Origin: Solirubrobacteraceae bacterium
GTDB taxonomy: Bacteria > Actinomycetota > Thermoleophilia > Solirubrobacterales > Solirubrobacteraceae
Direction of reading: 5' to 3'
Length of the DNA stretch: 43,480 nucleotides
Assembly: GCA_036803745.1 (NCBI GenBank)
Contig: DAIRTT010000002.1
Coordinates: 1 to 43,480 of the forward strand
The notes below the pieces were generated by a model. The model did not search any database, was not told the origin of the DNA, and was given only the letters and a program-made list of their open reading frames with translations. This document shows positions 33,958-42,687 of the stretch, in pieces. Position numbers and translations under genes: made by a program. Positions within the stretch are counted from its first letter, which is position 1. Every line of letters starts with the position of its first letter.

Positions 33958-34860
33958 ATGACGGCAAGCGTGCGCGCCGAAGCTCCGGGGGACTCATCAG
34001 AGGCTCCCGAGGGCACGGCCTCATCTCAGGCCTCTCTGCGGATCGCCGTCCTGGACCGTGACAGTGGCTTTATCCAGGTCCTCAGCAAGCGGCTGGACCG
34101 GCTCGAATGGGAGCACCGCGTGCTCGCGAGCCCCGTGCCCGCCGACGCCGTGGTCTCGATGCGCCTGAGCGCCCTCGTCGTCGATCTCGCCGTCCTGGGA
34201 CCCCAGGCCTGGGAGTGGCTCGAGCGACTGTGCGAGGCGCTCCCCGAGCTGGGAATCGTCGTCTGCACCGGCCCGTCGACGGTCGCCCAGCGCGTCCGCG
34301 GCCTGCGCCTGGGCGCCGATGACTGGATCACCAAGCCATGCCACCCCGAGGAAGTCATCGCCCGCGTGCAGAGCGTCGTGCGCAGGCGGCGACGCACGAC
34401 CAGCCGCGCCGAGGTCAAGCCCATGATCGCGGGCGAGGTCGAGATCCGCCCGGATCGCTTCCAGGCCTACGTCAACGGCCACAGCATCGACCTCACGCGC
34501 CGCGAGTTCGAGCTGATCGAGCTGCTGGCCTCGGCCGAGGGCAGGGTGCTCGAGCGTGAGGAGATCTACTCGCGGCTGTGGGGCTACACGATGGTCCGCG
34601 GCGACCGCTCGGTCGACGTGTTCGTGCGCAAGCTCCGCCAGAAGCTCGAGAAGGCCTCGCCGCAATGGCGCTACATCCACACCCACTTCGGCATCGGCTA
34701 CCGCTTCGCGGCCGAATCGCTCGAGGTCGTCGACCCCAACGACGTGCCCTCCTCACTCCCCGCCGACTGGGACGGCGCCGAGCAGCAGCGCCGGGTCGGC
34801 GATCAGGGCGAGCTCCCGGGGTCGCATGAGCACAGTGAGCTCACCAGTCGCGCCGTCTAG
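33958..34860 (+). CDS. OmpR/PhoB-family response regulator (no cognate kinase in window)
   Basis: Receiver IAVLDRD...LVVDL...VCTG...GADDWITKP; winged helix LTRREFEL...DRSVDVFVRKLRQKLE...GIGYRF; TACACT -10 seven nt before ATG 33958. Confidence 0.9.
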   Translation: MTASVRAEAPGDSSEAPEGTASSQASLRIAVLDRDSGFIQVLSKRLDRLEWEHRVLASPVPADAVVSMRLSALVVDLAVLGPQAWEWLERLCEALPELGIVVCTGPSTVAQRVRGLRLGADDWITKPCHPEEVIARVQSVVRRRRRTTSRAEVKPMIAGEVEIRPDRFQAYVNGHSIDLTRREFELIELLASAEGRVLEREEIYSRLWGYTMVRGDRSVDVFVRKLRQKLEKASPQWRYIHTHFGIGYRFAAESLEVVDPNDVPSSLPADWDGAEQQRRVGDQGELPGSHEHSELTSRAV

Positions 34861-35274
34861 GCGCACGACCGCCAGTCCGCCCTTCTTCAGATCCGCCCGA
34901 GCCCCTGTCAGCTGGGCGATCACTTTTGAGAGGTCCGGCTCGTGCCCGACCACCATCAGCCGGCCATCCGCACCCAGCGGAGCCATCGCCTCGAGCGCCT
35001 GTGCGGCTTCGAAGCCGCCCGCGAGCGGGGCATGGAGGGTCAGGAGGTCCTGCTGCTCGGCCGGCCAGAGCTCGCTGGCCAGTTCGGCTGTCTGGCGAGC
35101 CCGAACCTTGGGGCTGAAGAGGACCGCCTCGAAGTCCGCGCCCATGCGTGCGACAGCCCCGCCCGCGGTGCGAGCCTGCTGGGCCCCGCGGTCGGTCAAC
35201 CGGCGTTGCGCGTCCTGACGTGCGCCGTGGGGCTCGGCCTCTGCGTGTCGAAGTAGCCAGAGCTGACGAGCCAT
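34753..35274 (-). CDS. sixA: SixA-type phosphohistidine phosphatase (histidine phosphatase superfamily)
   Basis: LLRHAEA, RRLTDRG, SPKVRARQTA, VVGHEPDL, LKKGG. Confidence 0.85.
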   Translation of the reverse strand: MARQLWLLRHAEAEPHGARQDAQRRLTDRGAQQARTAGGAVARMGADFEAVLFSPKVRARQTAELASELWPAEQQDLLTLHAPLAGGFEAAQALEAMAPLGADGRLMVVGHEPDLSKVIAQLTGARADLKKGGLAVVRLDGATGELTVLMRPRELALIADPALLLGAVPVGGE

Positions 35275-35349
35275 CCGTAGAGACCCAGACTAGCGCGACC
35301 GAGAGCCGCCGTCGGCGACGGGCGCCCGCCCAGACGCCCAGGGTGTAGC

Positions 35350-37548
35350 GTGACGAAACCGATGGACGGCGACCTCGAACACCACCACGGCGAGCTCACG
35401 GCGAGCGCTCCGCGCCTACCCGACGGCGGCGATGACGCATCGCTGTACCTCAACCGGGAGCTCTCCTGGCTGGAGTTCAACGATCGCGTGCTGCAGCTCG
35501 CCGAGGACGAGTCGGTCCCGCTGATGGAGCGCGTCAAGTTCTGCGCCATCTACACGACAAACCTGGACGAGTTCTACATGGTCCGGGTCGCCGGCCTGCG
35601 CGACCAGATCGATGCGGGCGTCGAGAACCCGAGCCAGGACGGTCTGCTCCCCTCACAGACCACCGCCCTGATCCGCGAGCAGGTGCTCCAACAGAGCCGG
35701 CGCCTGACCGACTGCTTCGAAGGGCGCCTGCGCGCCGAGCTGGCCGGACACGACGTGCGCGTCGTGGGGGTGCAGGAGCTCGACGAAGATCGCCGCGCCG
35801 AACTGGCCAAGCACTTCCAGAAGGCGATCTTCCCGGCACTCACACCGCTGGCCGTCGCACCGGGACGGCCGTTCCCCTACATCTCGAACCTGTCGCTCAG
35901 CCTCGCCGTGCTCGTACGCGACCCGATCAACGACCAGACCGTCTTCGCCCGCGTCAAGGTGCCGACCGAGATCCTGCCCCGCTTCGTGACCCTGCGCCCA
36001 CCGGCGCCCGAGCCGGCGCTGCTGGTGCCGCTCGAGGACGTCATCGCGAATCACCTCGACGCTCTGTTCCCCGGCATGGAGATCGTCGACTACGACGTCT
36101 TCCGCGTGACCCGCGACGCGGATCTGGAGGTCTCAGACGACGCAGCCGACCTCCTGCAGGCGGTCGAGGACGAGCTGCGGCGCAGGCGCTTCGGCGAGGT
36201 CGTCCGGGTCGAGGTCGGCGCGCGCTGCTCCAAGCAGCTCGGCGACGCGCTCGCGGGACTGCTGGGAGTCGAGGAAGAGGAGGTCTTCCCCGTGGACGGG
36301 CTCCTCGACATGGGCGCTCTGTGGCAGATCGTGCGCCTCCCCGGGCACGTCGAGCTGCGCGAGGAGGCGCTCGCGGTGATCACCCATCCCCGCCTTCTGC
36401 GTCACGAGGGCGAGCGCCCCGACGTGCTGGGGGCGATGCGCGAAGGCGATCTGCTCGTCCACCATCCCTACGTCTCGTTCTCGACCTCGGTCGAGCGTTT
36501 CGTCGAGCAGGCAGTGGCAGACCCCAACGTGCTCGCGATCAAGCAGACCGTCTACCGCACGAGCGATGACTCTCCGCTCGTCCCGGCGCTGATCGACGCG
36601 ACCGAGCGCGGCAAGCAGGCGGTCGCGCTGGTCGAGCTGCAGGCGCGCTTCGACGAGCGCATGAACATCCACTGGGCGAAGGCGCTCGAGGAGGCCGGCG
36701 TGCATGTCGTCTACGGCCAGCCGGCGCTGAAGACCCATGCCAAGTGCGTGCTCGTCGTCCGCCGTGAGGGCGACGGGGTGCGCAACTACGTGCACATCGG
36801 CACCGGCAACTACCACTCGGCGACCGCTCGGCTCTACACCGACTTCGGACTGTTCACGACCGACGAGCAGATCGGCGCCGACGTGGCGGACATGTTCAAC
36901 TACCTGACCGGCTACGGACGCCCGCTGCACTACCGCAAAGTGCTGATGGCGCCAAACCACCTGCGCGACGGCATCATCGAGCAGATCGAACGGACGATCG
37001 CCGCGCATTCAGAGCAGCGGCCGGCGCGCATCACCATGAAGATGAACTCGCTCGTCGACGGCCGCTGCATCCGGGCGCTCTACGCTGCATCGCGCGCCGG
37101 CGTCACGGTCGAGCTCAACGTGCGCGGGATCTGCTGCCTGCGTCCGGGCGTCGAGGGCCTGTCGGAGAACATCCGCGTGGTCTCGATCGTGGGGCGACTG
37201 CTCGAGCACTCCCGCGTCTACGCCTTCGAACGCGACGGCGCGCACACAATCTTCATCGCCTCCGCCGACCTGATGCCGCGCAACCTCGACCACCGCGTCG
37301 AGCTGGCCGTGCCGATCGAGTCCGCCGAGCTCCGCGGGGAGCTGCTGGACACGCTCCAGCGTGCCTTCGCCGACAACCTCAGCTCGTGGGACCTCGACGG
37401 CGACGGCGCCTGGCACCGACGCTCGCCCGGACCGGGCGAGCAGCCGCGCAGCCTTCAGCTCGAGCTCGCCGAGCTCTACGCCGCGCGGGCGTCGACCGAG
37501 CGTCCGGCCGAGGGGCCCGAGACCTCGCCGGCGCTCGGCTCTCGCTGA
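35350..37548 (+). CDS. ppk1: Polyphosphate kinase 1
   Basis: YLNRELSWLEFNDRVL, NLDEFYMVRVAG, HHPY, VELQARFDE, LKTHAK, GTGNY, LEHSR, SADLMPRNLDHRVE. Confidence 0.97.
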   Translation: MTKPMDGDLEHHHGELTASAPRLPDGGDDASLYLNRELSWLEFNDRVLQLAEDESVPLMERVKFCAIYTTNLDEFYMVRVAGLRDQIDAGVENPSQDGLLPSQTTALIREQVLQQSRRLTDCFEGRLRAELAGHDVRVVGVQELDEDRRAELAKHFQKAIFPALTPLAVAPGRPFPYISNLSLSLAVLVRDPINDQTVFARVKVPTEILPRFVTLRPPAPEPALLVPLEDVIANHLDALFPGMEIVDYDVFRVTRDADLEVSDDAADLLQAVEDELRRRRFGEVVRVEVGARCSKQLGDALAGLLGVEEEEVFPVDGLLDMGALWQIVRLPGHVELREEALAVITHPRLLRHEGERPDVLGAMREGDLLVHHPYVSFSTSVERFVEQAVADPNVLAIKQTVYRTSDDSPLVPALIDATERGKQAVALVELQARFDERMNIHWAKALEEAGVHVVYGQPALKTHAKCVLVVRREGDGVRNYVHIGTGNYHSATARLYTDFGLFTTDEQIGADVADMFNYLTGYGRPLHYRKVLMAPNHLRDGIIEQIERTIAAHSEQRPARITMKMNSLVDGRCIRALYAASRAGVTVELNVRGICCLRPGVEGLSENIRVVSIVGRLLEHSRVYAFERDGAHTIFIASADLMPRNLDHRVELAVPIESAELRGELLDTLQRAFADNLSSWDLDGDGAWHRRSPGPGEQPRSLQLELAELYAARASTERPAEGPETSPALGSR

Positions 37549-37570
37549 GCGGCCCCGTCGCGCCGCGCCG

Positions 37571-38041
37571 TCAGCGTGCCGCCGGGCTCGGCAGCTCGTC
37601 GAGGACGCGCTTGAGGTCGTCGACCGACTGGTAGTCGAGACCCAGCAAGTGGTCGTGACGGTGGCGGACGACGCCGTCCTCGTCGATCACGATGACCGCG
37701 CGCTTGACGCCGAGGCGCGGCGAGAACACGTCGAAGGCGCGAGCGACCTGCTTGTCGACGTCGGCCAGCAGGGGAACGTTGAGGGAGTGCTTGGCGGCGA
37801 AGCCCTCGTGAGAGGCGAGGTCCTGGGCGGAGATGCCCACGACCGTCGCGCCCAGCGATGCGAAGTCACCGGCTCGGTCGCGATAGGAGCAGAACTGTTT
37901 GGTGCAGACAAGGGTGTTGTCGCCGGGGTAGAACAACAGCACGACGCGCTCGCCACGATGATCGGACAGCTTGAACGTGCCCTCCGTGCCAGGTAGCTCG
38001 AAGTCGGGTGCCTGCTCGCCCACCTGTGGGGTCTTCGCCAT
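37571..38041 (-). CDS. bcp: Peroxiredoxin, BCP/PrxQ type
   Basis: APDFEL, FYPGDNTLVCTKQFC (PxxxTxxC plus resolving Cys), VVGIS, LLADVD; ATG 38041. Confidence 0.88.
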   Translation of the reverse strand: MAKTPQVGEQAPDFELPGTEGTFKLSDHRGERVVLLFYPGDNTLVCTKQFCSYRDRAGDFASLGATVVGISAQDLASHEGFAAKHSLNVPLLADVDKQVARAFDVFSPRLGVKRAVIVIDEDGVVRHRHDHLLGLDYQSVDDLKRVLDELPSPAAR

Positions 38042-38164
38042 CTCGCTCAGCTCCTGGTCTTGTGTTCGGCCCGCAGCGCGGGACCCGCGCATGAGCATAT
38101 CCGGCGCCGTGAGCGGGAAACCGAGGCCACGGCCGGGGCGCCGGTGATGCGCTAGAACCACACG

Positions 38165-39685
38165 ATGCCCGCCTGCCGACTCGCGCTTGCGCTCCTGGCC
38201 GCGATCGCCTGTGGCCTGAGCACCGGGTGCGGCAGCGTCTCCTCGGCCGGCCTCACGACGCCGACCACGAGCGCGACCGACATCCCGACGCCCGCCCGGA
38301 CGGCGAGGACCCCCCTGCTCGACTGGCCCGAGTTCGGCCTCGACCCGCAGCGCAGCGACGTCAGCGAAGGCGGGACCTCGATCACCGCGGCGAACGCCTC
38401 GCACCTGCGCCGCGCCGAGGTGCAGGTGCCCGGCACGATCGACTCCTCGCCGATCTATCTCCACGCCGTCACCGTCGGGGGCGCACGTCACAACGTCATC
38501 TTCGCGACCACCACCTACGGACGAACCGTCGCCGTCGACGCCGACAGCGCCAGGACGCTGTGGACGTTCACCCCATCCGGGCTCGGACGCGTGTCCGGAA
38601 GCGCACAGATCACGACCGCGAGCCCGATCGCCGATCCCACGCACCTGTTCATCTACACCGCCTCGCCGGACGGGCACATCCACAAGCTCTCCGTGTCCGA
38701 CGGCAGCGAGGACCGGAAGGGCTCCTGGCCGGTCTCGATCACCCGCGACGCCGGCCACGAGAAGATCGCAGCCGCGCTCAACATCGTCGGAGGGTCGGTC
38801 ATCGCCGCGACGGGCGGCTACCTCGGCGACGCCCCGCCCTACCAGGGCCACGTGGTGCTGATCGAACGCGCCGGCGGACGCATCCAGCGGATGTTCAACA
38901 CCCTGTGCGCCAACCGGCGCGAACTGCTCGTGCCGAGTAGCTGCTCCGCGAGCAACTCGGCAATCCTCTCGCGCGACGGCCCGGTCGTAGAGCCGGGCGG
39001 GAAGCGCATCCTCATCGACACCGGCAACGGCCCGTGGAACGGCACGACCGACTTCGGCGACAGTGTCCTGGAGCTCAATCTCCCCGGCCTCGACCTGCGC
39101 CAGTCATACACGCCGGTCAACCAGGCCCAGCTCAACGGCAGCGACAGCGACCTCGGCTCCAGCGCGCCCGTCCTGCTCGGAGGCGACCGGGTCCTCGTGG
39201 CCGGCAAGGACGGGGTCATGCGGGTCCTCGTGCTCTCCAGACTCGACGGGCACCCGCCCTCGGGCGCCCGCGCCCGAGTCCATCCGCTCGGCGGCGAGGT
39301 CCAGCGCCTGTCGATTCCCGGCGGCGGTCAGCTGTTCACCGCGCCCGCAGTGTGGCGAGCCCGCCGACACACGACGGTCTTCCTAGCCGACGAAAACGGG
39401 ACGGCCGCCTATGTCCTGCGCGCCGGCCGGCTGTTCCGTGCCTGGCAGAACGGCACGTCGGGCACCAGTCCCGTCATGGCTGGCGGCCTGCTCTACGTGT
39501 ATGACCCCTCGGCCGGCGCCGTCGAGGTCTACCGCCCGACCTCGGGCAGCCCGATCGCACGGCTGGCGAGCGAACCGGGGCACTGGAACAGCCCGATCGT
39601 CGTCGACGGCCACGTGATCGTGCCGGTCGGCAATGGCAACGACCATCACACGAGCGGCAAGCTCGAGATATTCTCGGCGCGCTAG
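38165..39685 (+). CDS. PQQ-like beta-propeller repeat lipoprotein
   Basis: Lipobox-like STGC; DWPEFGLDPQRS, SSPIY, AVDADSARTLW, TGNG, DSDLGSS, WNSPIVVDGHV. Confidence 0.75.
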   Translation: MPACRLALALLAAIACGLSTGCGSVSSAGLTTPTTSATDIPTPARTARTPLLDWPEFGLDPQRSDVSEGGTSITAANASHLRRAEVQVPGTIDSSPIYLHAVTVGGARHNVIFATTTYGRTVAVDADSARTLWTFTPSGLGRVSGSAQITTASPIADPTHLFIYTASPDGHIHKLSVSDGSEDRKGSWPVSITRDAGHEKIAAALNIVGGSVIAATGGYLGDAPPYQGHVVLIERAGGRIQRMFNTLCANRRELLVPSSCSASNSAILSRDGPVVEPGGKRILIDTGNGPWNGTTDFGDSVLELNLPGLDLRQSYTPVNQAQLNGSDSDLGSSAPVLLGGDRVLVAGKDGVMRVLVLSRLDGHPPSGARARVHPLGGEVQRLSIPGGGQLFTAPAVWRARRHTTVFLADENGTAAYVLRAGRLFRAWQNGTSGTSPVMAGGLLYVYDPSAGAVEVYRPTSGSPIARLASEPGHWNSPIVVDGHVIVPVGNGNDHHTSGKLEIFSAR

Positions 39686-41073
39686 CTCTGCACCCAATCC
39701 TCGCGCTCGAGCGCTTCGAGCAGGTTCAGCCAGACCTCGCTGCGGGTCGGAAAGCACGGGACAGCGTGGGCGAGGCGCTCGACGGGGACCTCACCGGCGA
39801 GGGCGATCGTCGCCGCATGCAGCGACTCGGCGACCTCGACGCCCGTGAAGGTCGCTCCGACGAGCACACCGCGATCGCGGTCGATCACGATCCTCGCGGT
39901 GCCGGGCGCCCCGTGGCCGACGTATGTGCCGCCGGCGTTGCCCTCGACCGACTGCTCGACAGCGTAAGCGGAGATGCCGGCCTCGCGAGCGCTCGCGAGG
40001 CTATGTCCGACGGCCGCCACCTGGGGCTCGGTGAAGATGACTCGCGGGGAGAGCCGGCCATCGCTGCGCAGCTCGCCCGGGCGGCCAAGGATGCGATCGG
40101 CCGCGAGCCTCGCCTGGTACTTGCCCATGTGGGTCAGCAGCACCCTTCCGTTGGCGTCACCGACGACGTAGAGCCAGTCTCGTCCCGGGACGCGCAAGGC
40201 ATCGTCGACCTCGATCGAGCCGCCCGACTCCAGGCCGATCGACTCCAGGCCGAGTGACTCGGTGTTCGGCGTGCGCCCGACCGCGACGAGCAGCTCCTCC
40301 GCGCCGTGGCTGCGGCCATCCTCGAGCTCGACGCTGACGGCACCCTCCGCGTCGCGGGCGACGGCGCTCGCCTTGACGCCGAGGATCACCTCGACCCCCT
40401 GGCTCTCGAGCCCTTCGCGGACCAGATCTGACGCGAACAGCTCCTCGCCGGCGATCAGCTGCTCGAGCGCCTCCACGATCGTCACGCGGGCGCCGAGTGA
40501 GGCGTAGGCCTGGGCCATCTCGACGCCGACCACGCCACCGCCGAGGACGAGCAGCGAGCGAGGGACGGCCGATGCGGTCGTGACCTCGCGATTCGTCCAC
40601 GGCTCGGCCTCGCGCAGGCCCGGGATGGGTGGGAGCGAGGCCCGGGTGCCCGGCGCAAGGACGACAGCGCGGCGCGCCCGCAGATCCTCTTCGCCGACGC
40701 GGAGCATCCGCTCGCCGGTGAGCTGCCCGTGGCCGCGGAACAGGACGATGTCGCGTTCCTCCAGCCACGGCAGCTGGCCGGAGTCGTCGAGCTCGTGGAT
40801 GATCTCGTCGCGACGGGCGAGCACGGCGCCAACGTCGAGGCTGCCCTGCGCCGCCTCCGCGGCCCCGGCGACCCGGAGCGCCTCGGCGAGGGCCTGTGCG
40901 GGGCGCAGCAGAGCCTTGGAGGGCATACAGGCGTAGAACGAGCATTCGCCTCCGATCAGATCGCGCTCCACGAGCGCGACCGAAAGCCCGTTGTCGGCGA
41001 GGCGCCCTGCACAGACCTCCCCTGCCGGCCCGGCCCCGACGACGACGACGTCGAACTCGCGCATCTCGCTCAC
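39682..41073 (-). CDS. Class I pyridine nucleotide-disulfide oxidoreductase (dihydrolipoyl dehydrogenase-like)
   Basis: GAGPAG, redox CxxxxC in GGECSFYACMPSK, GGGVVGVE, VGRTPN, VGD; ends in FPTRSE. Confidence 0.88.
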   Translation of the reverse strand: MSEMREFDVVVVGAGPAGEVCAGRLADNGLSVALVERDLIGGECSFYACMPSKALLRPAQALAEALRVAGAAEAAQGSLDVGAVLARRDEIIHELDDSGQLPWLEERDIVLFRGHGQLTGERMLRVGEEDLRARRAVVLAPGTRASLPPIPGLREAEPWTNREVTTASAVPRSLLVLGGGVVGVEMAQAYASLGARVTIVEALEQLIAGEELFASDLVREGLESQGVEVILGVKASAVARDAEGAVSVELEDGRSHGAEELLVAVGRTPNTESLGLESIGLESGGSIEVDDALRVPGRDWLYVVGDANGRVLLTHMGKYQARLAADRILGRPGELRSDGRLSPRVIFTEPQVAAVGHSLASAREAGISAYAVEQSVEGNAGGTYVGHGAPGTARIVIDRDRGVLVGATFTGVEVAESLHAATIALAGEVPVERLAHAVPCFPTRSEVWLNLLEALEREDWVQS

Positions 41074-41192
41074 GTGCGTTCCCGCTCTCTGTGGTTGAGG
41101 GCACCCGGGCGACGGCGCCGCCCAGCTCTAAGGCAAGCTACCCGCGCGCCGCGTCGGTCAAGCCGTACGGCGGGCGCTAGCCTCAGGTGATC

Positions 41193-41741
41193 ATGGAGGA
41201 ATCGCTGACCGGGCAGCTGTTGCTCGCCTCGCCCACCCTGGGCGATCCGAACTTCGCGCGGACCGTGGTGCTGATCGGGGCGCACACCGACGAGGGAGCC
41301 ATGGGCGTGGTGCTCAACCGCCCGTCGAGGATGACCGTCGGCGAGGCCGTGCCCCAGCTCGATGCCACGCTGGACGTCGAGGACCCGGTCTTCAACGGCG
41401 GCCCGGTGCAGCCCGACTCGCTCGTCCTGCTCGCCGAGTTCCTCGATCCGACGCCGGCTGGCCTGCTGGTCCTCGGCCGGATCGGATTTCCCGCGCCCGA
41501 TGTCGACCTCGACGAGCTGGCCGAGGCCACGGCGCGCGGACGCGTGTTCGCGGGCTATGCGGGCTGGGGCGAGGGCCAGCTCGATGCCGAGCTCGACCAG
41601 GGCGACTGGATCGTCCAGGCGGCCGAGCCCCGGGACGTGTTCAGCGAGGAGCCGGAGGACCTGTGGGGCCGGGTGCTCACACGCAAGGGCGGCAGCTACG
41701 CGCTGATCGCGCGGATGCCCCAGGACCCCAGCGTCAACTGA
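41193..41741 (+). CDS. YqgE/AlgH family protein (DUF179)
   Basis: LLLASPTLGDPNFARTVVL, GAMGVVLNRP, GGPV, FAGYAGWGEGQLDAEL, DPSVN. Confidence 0.92.
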   Translation: MEESLTGQLLLASPTLGDPNFARTVVLIGAHTDEGAMGVVLNRPSRMTVGEAVPQLDATLDVEDPVFNGGPVQPDSLVLLAEFLDPTPAGLLVLGRIGFPAPDVDLDELAEATARGRVFAGYAGWGEGQLDAELDQGDWIVQAAEPRDVFSEEPEDLWGRVLTRKGGSYALIARMPQDPSVN

Positions 41742-42525
41742 TCTGCGAGCCCTCCCGCGCGGGCACAGGACCCTCGCGCTCTCCGCTCACGGCCTCGCGC
41801 AGCAGGCGGGCGAGCGCCCCGCAGTCGCGCAGCGAGCGAACGAGGTGATGCGAGCCGCGGCCGAAGCGGTACAGGCGCAAGCCCTCGACACCCGCGAGGC
41901 GCTCGGCGTGCAGTCGATCCTGGCGCAGCGTCTCGTCGAAGAAGACCCGCAGCAGGGTCTCGCCGCGAGACTCCCTGGCGAGGGCGCGGCCGAGGTCGAT
42001 CCATTCAGGGTCCAGCGAGCCTGCGGCCGTGACGGCCGTCAGGCGCTCGTCCCAACGATGGTCGTCGATCGCGTCGAGCTCACCGAGATCGAGGATCGTC
42101 TGGGGCGCGAACGCGAGCACCTCATCCGCTCCGAGCAGAGTCCCGAAGACGAGCGCCGCGTAGCCTCCGGCTGAGTTCCCGGTCACGACCAGGCGCCCCA
42201 CCTCCTGCGCGTCGATCGTGCGGCGGAGCTCCTCGGCGACGTCGCCAAGACGGCGACCGCCGGGCGGCAGGCCCTGGTGGTACCAGGCCTGGTGCAGATC
42301 GCGCACGAACAGCCGTTTGACCGGGATCTCCCCCGTCAGCTTGAGGAACTCGAACGGCGGCATGCCGATACGCCCGCGCATGCCGCCGAAGGCGATGAGC
42401 AGGGTGCGCGACGGGCTTTCCATGTCCGCACTGAGAGGTACGTCTTCTTCGGGAACGCGCCTGGGGAAGCGCTCGCGGTAGCGGAATGCGAGGTAGCGGG
42501 CGCGTCGCGCGATCACCCCGCTCAT
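41734..42525 (-). CDS. Alpha/beta-hydrolase-fold hypothetical protein
   Basis: GGAGG RBS upstream of ATG 42525; LIAFGG, nucleophile elbow GNSAGG, AFAPQ, D...H. Confidence 0.7.
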   Translation of the reverse strand: MSGVIARRARYLAFRYRERFPRRVPEEDVPLSADMESPSRTLLIAFGGMRGRIGMPPFEFLKLTGEIPVKRLFVRDLHQAWYHQGLPPGGRRLGDVAEELRRTIDAQEVGRLVVTGNSAGGYAALVFGTLLGADEVLAFAPQTILDLGELDAIDDHRWDERLTAVTAAGSLDPEWIDLGRALARESRGETLLRVFFDETLRQDRLHAERLAGVEGLRLYRFGRGSHHLVRSLRDCGALARLLREAVSGEREGPVPAREGSQIS

Positions 42526-42687
42526 CTGCCGTGCACCTCCCCGATCGCCACGCACATGGCCGGGACCGAGGTTCTACGCGGATGTCCGACCGGGCTCCCA
42601 GGCACTTCCGGCAAGCGTACTAGGCTTATCCGGGCTCTTTCCCCGAGAGCCCTCCCCGCCGAACCGCGCTGCAAAGGATCCCTCCCC

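Noticed and set aside
36631..36657. VELQARFDE instead of VELKARFDE in PPK1 as a sign of inactivation
   Set aside because: The Gln variant occurs in functional PPK1 enzymes, and the phospho-His motif (KTHAK) is intact.
39682..41073. Mercuric reductase MerA
   Set aside because: No C-terminal Cys-Cys pair, no N-terminal metal-binding domain and no mer genes nearby.
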